From Balanoglossus misakiensis (lineage: Eukaryota > Animalia > Hemichordata): a DNA stretch of 64,000 bases. The notes under the pieces are model-generated. The model was not told the origin of the DNA. It worked only from the letters and a program-made list of their open reading frames with translations, and did not search any database. The stretch lies in contig CM082588.2 of assembly GCA_040954595.2 (NCBI GenBank), positions 11,020,844 to 11,084,843 of the forward strand, in the 5' to 3' direction. The translations under genes and the position numbers were made by a program. Below are positions 61,261-64,000 of the stretch, one piece after another; within the stretch, counting starts at the first letter, position 1, and every line of letters starts with the position of its first letter.

Positions 61261-64000
61261 TTTCGACTTTGCAAAATCTCAAAATTTCGTCGTTTTTTGA
61301 AAAAAAATCATGGGTGAAAATGCATCAAAAAATGAGAAATTTTCGACTTTGCAAAATCTCAAAATTTCGTCAATTTTGAAAAAAATCATGGGTGAAAATC
61401 ATCAAAAAATGACAAATTTTCGACTTTGCAAAATCTCAAAATTTTGTTGATTTTTGAAAAAAATCATAGGTGAAAATCATCAAAAAATGACAAATTTTCG
61501 ACTTTGCAAAATCTCAAAATTTCGTCGATTTTTGAAGAAAATCATGGGTGAAAATCATCAAAAAATGACAAATTTTCGACTTTGCAAAATCTCAAAATTT
61601 TTTCGATTTTTGAAAAAAGACATGGGTGAAAATCATCAAAAAATGACAAATTTTCGACTTTGCAAAATCTCAAAATTTCGTCGATTTTTGAAAAAAATCA
61701 TGGGGGAAAATCATGAAAAAATGACAAATTTTCCTCTTTGCAAAATCTCAAAATTTCGTCGATTTTTAAAAAAAGACATGGGTGAAAATCATCAAAAAAT
61801 AACAAATTTTCGACTTTGCAAAATCTCAAAATTTCGTCCATTTTTGAAAAAAAATCATGGGTAAAAATCATCAAAAAATGACACATTTTCGACTTTGCAA
61901 AATCTCAAAATTTCGTCGATTTTTGAAAAAAAATCATGGGTGAAAATCATCAAAAAATGACAAATTTTCGTCTTTGCAAAATCTCAAAATTTCGTCCATT
62001 TCTGAAAAAAAATTATGGGTAAAAATCATCAAAAATGACAAATTTTCATCTTTGCAAAATCTCAAATTTTCGTCGATTTTTGAAAAAAAATCATGGTTGA
62101 AAATCATCAAAAAATGACAAAATTTTCGACTTTGCAAAATCTCAAAATTTCGTCGATTTTTGAAAAAAATCATGGGGGAAAATCATGAAAAAATGACAAA
62201 TTTTCCTCTTTGCAAAATCTTAAAATTTCGTCGATTTTTGAAAAAAAATCATGGGTGAAAATCATCAAAAAATGACAAATTTTCGTCTTTGCAAAATCTC
62301 AAAATTTCGTCCATTTTTGAAAAAAATCATGGGTGAAAATCATCAAAAAATGACAAATTTTCGACTTTGCAAAATCTGAACATTTCGTCAATTTTTGAAA
62401 AAATCATGGGTGAAAATCATCAAAAAATGACAAATTTTCGACTTTGCAAAATCTCAAAATTTCGTCGATTTTTGAAAAAAATCATGGGGGAAAATCATGA
62501 AAAAATGACAAATTTTCCTCTCTGCAAAATCTCAAAATTTCGTCGATTTTTGAAAAAAAATCATGGGTGAAAATCATCAAAAAATGACAAATTTTCGTCT
62601 TTGCAAAATCTCAAAATTTCGTCCATTTTTGAAAAAAAATCATGGGTAAAAATCATCAAAAATGACAAATTTTCGTCTTTGCAAAATCTCAAATTTTCGT
62701 CGATTTTTGAAAAAAAATCATGGTTGAAAATCATCAAAAAATGACAAAATTTTCGACTTTGTAAAATCACAAAATTTCGTCGATTTTGAAAAAAATCATA
62801 GGTTCGTCGATTTTTAAAAAAAAAACATGGGTGAAAATCATCAAAAAATGACACATTTTCCTCTGCAAAATCTCAAAATTTCGTCGTTTTTTGAAAAAAA
62901 ATCATTGGTGAAAATCATCAAAAAATGACAAATTTTCGTCTTTGCAAAATCTCAAAATTTCGTCCATTTTTGAAAAAAAATCATGGGTAAAAATCATCAA
63001 AAATGACAAATTTTCGTCTTTGCAAAATCTCAAATTTTCGTCGATTTTTGAAAAAAAATCATGGGGGAAAATCATGAAAAAATGACAAATTTTCCTCTTT
63101 GCAAAATCTCAAAATTTCGTCGATTTTTGAAAAAAATCATGGGTGAAAATCATGAAAAAATGACAAATTTTCCTCTTTGCAAAATCTCAAAATTTCGTCG
63201 TTTTTTGAAAAAAATCATGTGTGAAAATCATCAAAAAATGACAAATTTTGAAAAAAAAAAACTGGTGAAAATCATCAAAAAATGACACATTTACGACTTT
63301 GCAAAATCTCAAAATTTCGTCGATTTTTGAAAAAAAATCATGGGTGAAAATCATGAAAAAATGACAAATTTTGAAAAAAAAACGGGTGAAAATCATCAAA
63401 AAATGACACATTTTCGTCGACTTTGCAAAATCTCAAAATTTCGTCGATTTTTGAAAAAAATCATGGGGGAAAATCATGAAAAAATGACAAATTTTCCTCT
63501 GCAAAATCTCAAAATTTCGTCGATTTTTAAAAAAAGACATGGGTGAAAATCATCAAAAAATAACAAATTTTCGACTTTGCAAAATCTCAAAATTTCGTCC
63601 ATTTTTGAAAAAAAATCATGGGTAAAAATCATCAAAAAATGACAAATTTTCGTCTTTGCAAAATCTCACAATTTCGTCGATTTTTGAAAAAAATCATGTG
63701 TGAAAATCATCAAAAAATGACAAATTTTCGACTTTGCAAAATCTCAAAATTTCGTCAATTTTTGAAAAAATCATGGGTGAAAATCATCAAAAAATGACAA
63801 ATTTTCGTCTTTGCAAAATCTCAAAATTTCGTCCATTTTCGACTTTGCAAAATCTCAAAATTTCGTCCATTTCTGAAAAAAAATTATGGGTAAAAATCAT
63901 CAAAAATGACAAATTTTCATCTTTGCAAAATCTCAAATTTTCGTCGATTTTTGAAAAAAAATCATGGTTGAAAATCATCAAAAAATGACAAAATTTTCGA
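61261..64000. repeat. 78-bp AT-rich satellite, ~35 units, continuing off the right edge
   Basis: Unit TTTCGACTTTGCAAAATCTCAAAATTTCGTCGATTTTTGAAAAAAATCATGGGTGAAAATCATCAAAAAATGACAAAT, which gives the 26-aa periodicity in the ORF track. Confidence 0.97.

Noticed and set aside
61454-63988. Lys/Phe-rich repeat ORFs
   Set aside because: These are translations of the 78-bp satellite, with frequent homopolymer frameshifts.

Overview
AT-rich, repeat-dominated animal genomic DNA (a marine invertebrate is my inference from the repeat content); no prokaryotic genes, rRNA, tRNA or CRISPR were found. Positions 1-16.6 kb are a 90/74-bp satellite with higher-order blocks and two copies of an 832-bp P-type MITE. 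The long ORFs there are artefacts of a stop-free 90-bp monomer. Positions 17-61 kb are a mosaic of minisatellites, Helentron/HINE-like repeats, non-autonomous DNA transposons (P-, Kolobok-, Harbinger-, Transib-, Tc1/mariner- and Crypton-like), a 4-kb foldback element, LINE fragments, an intron-containing hAT/ZNF862-type transposase pseudogene and one low-complexity coding exon. Positions 61.3-64 kb are a 78-bp A-tract satellite. The most unusual feature lies in a tandem duplication (25-30.6 kb vs 33.2-37.1 kb). Each copy carries two paralogous minus-strand micro-exons with strong splice signals. Once spliced, they fold into a hairpin across the junction, and one helix shows a compensatory base-pair change between copies. 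The same spliced sequence also reads through as a signal-peptide-like ORF. All calls were made by eye, without database searches.
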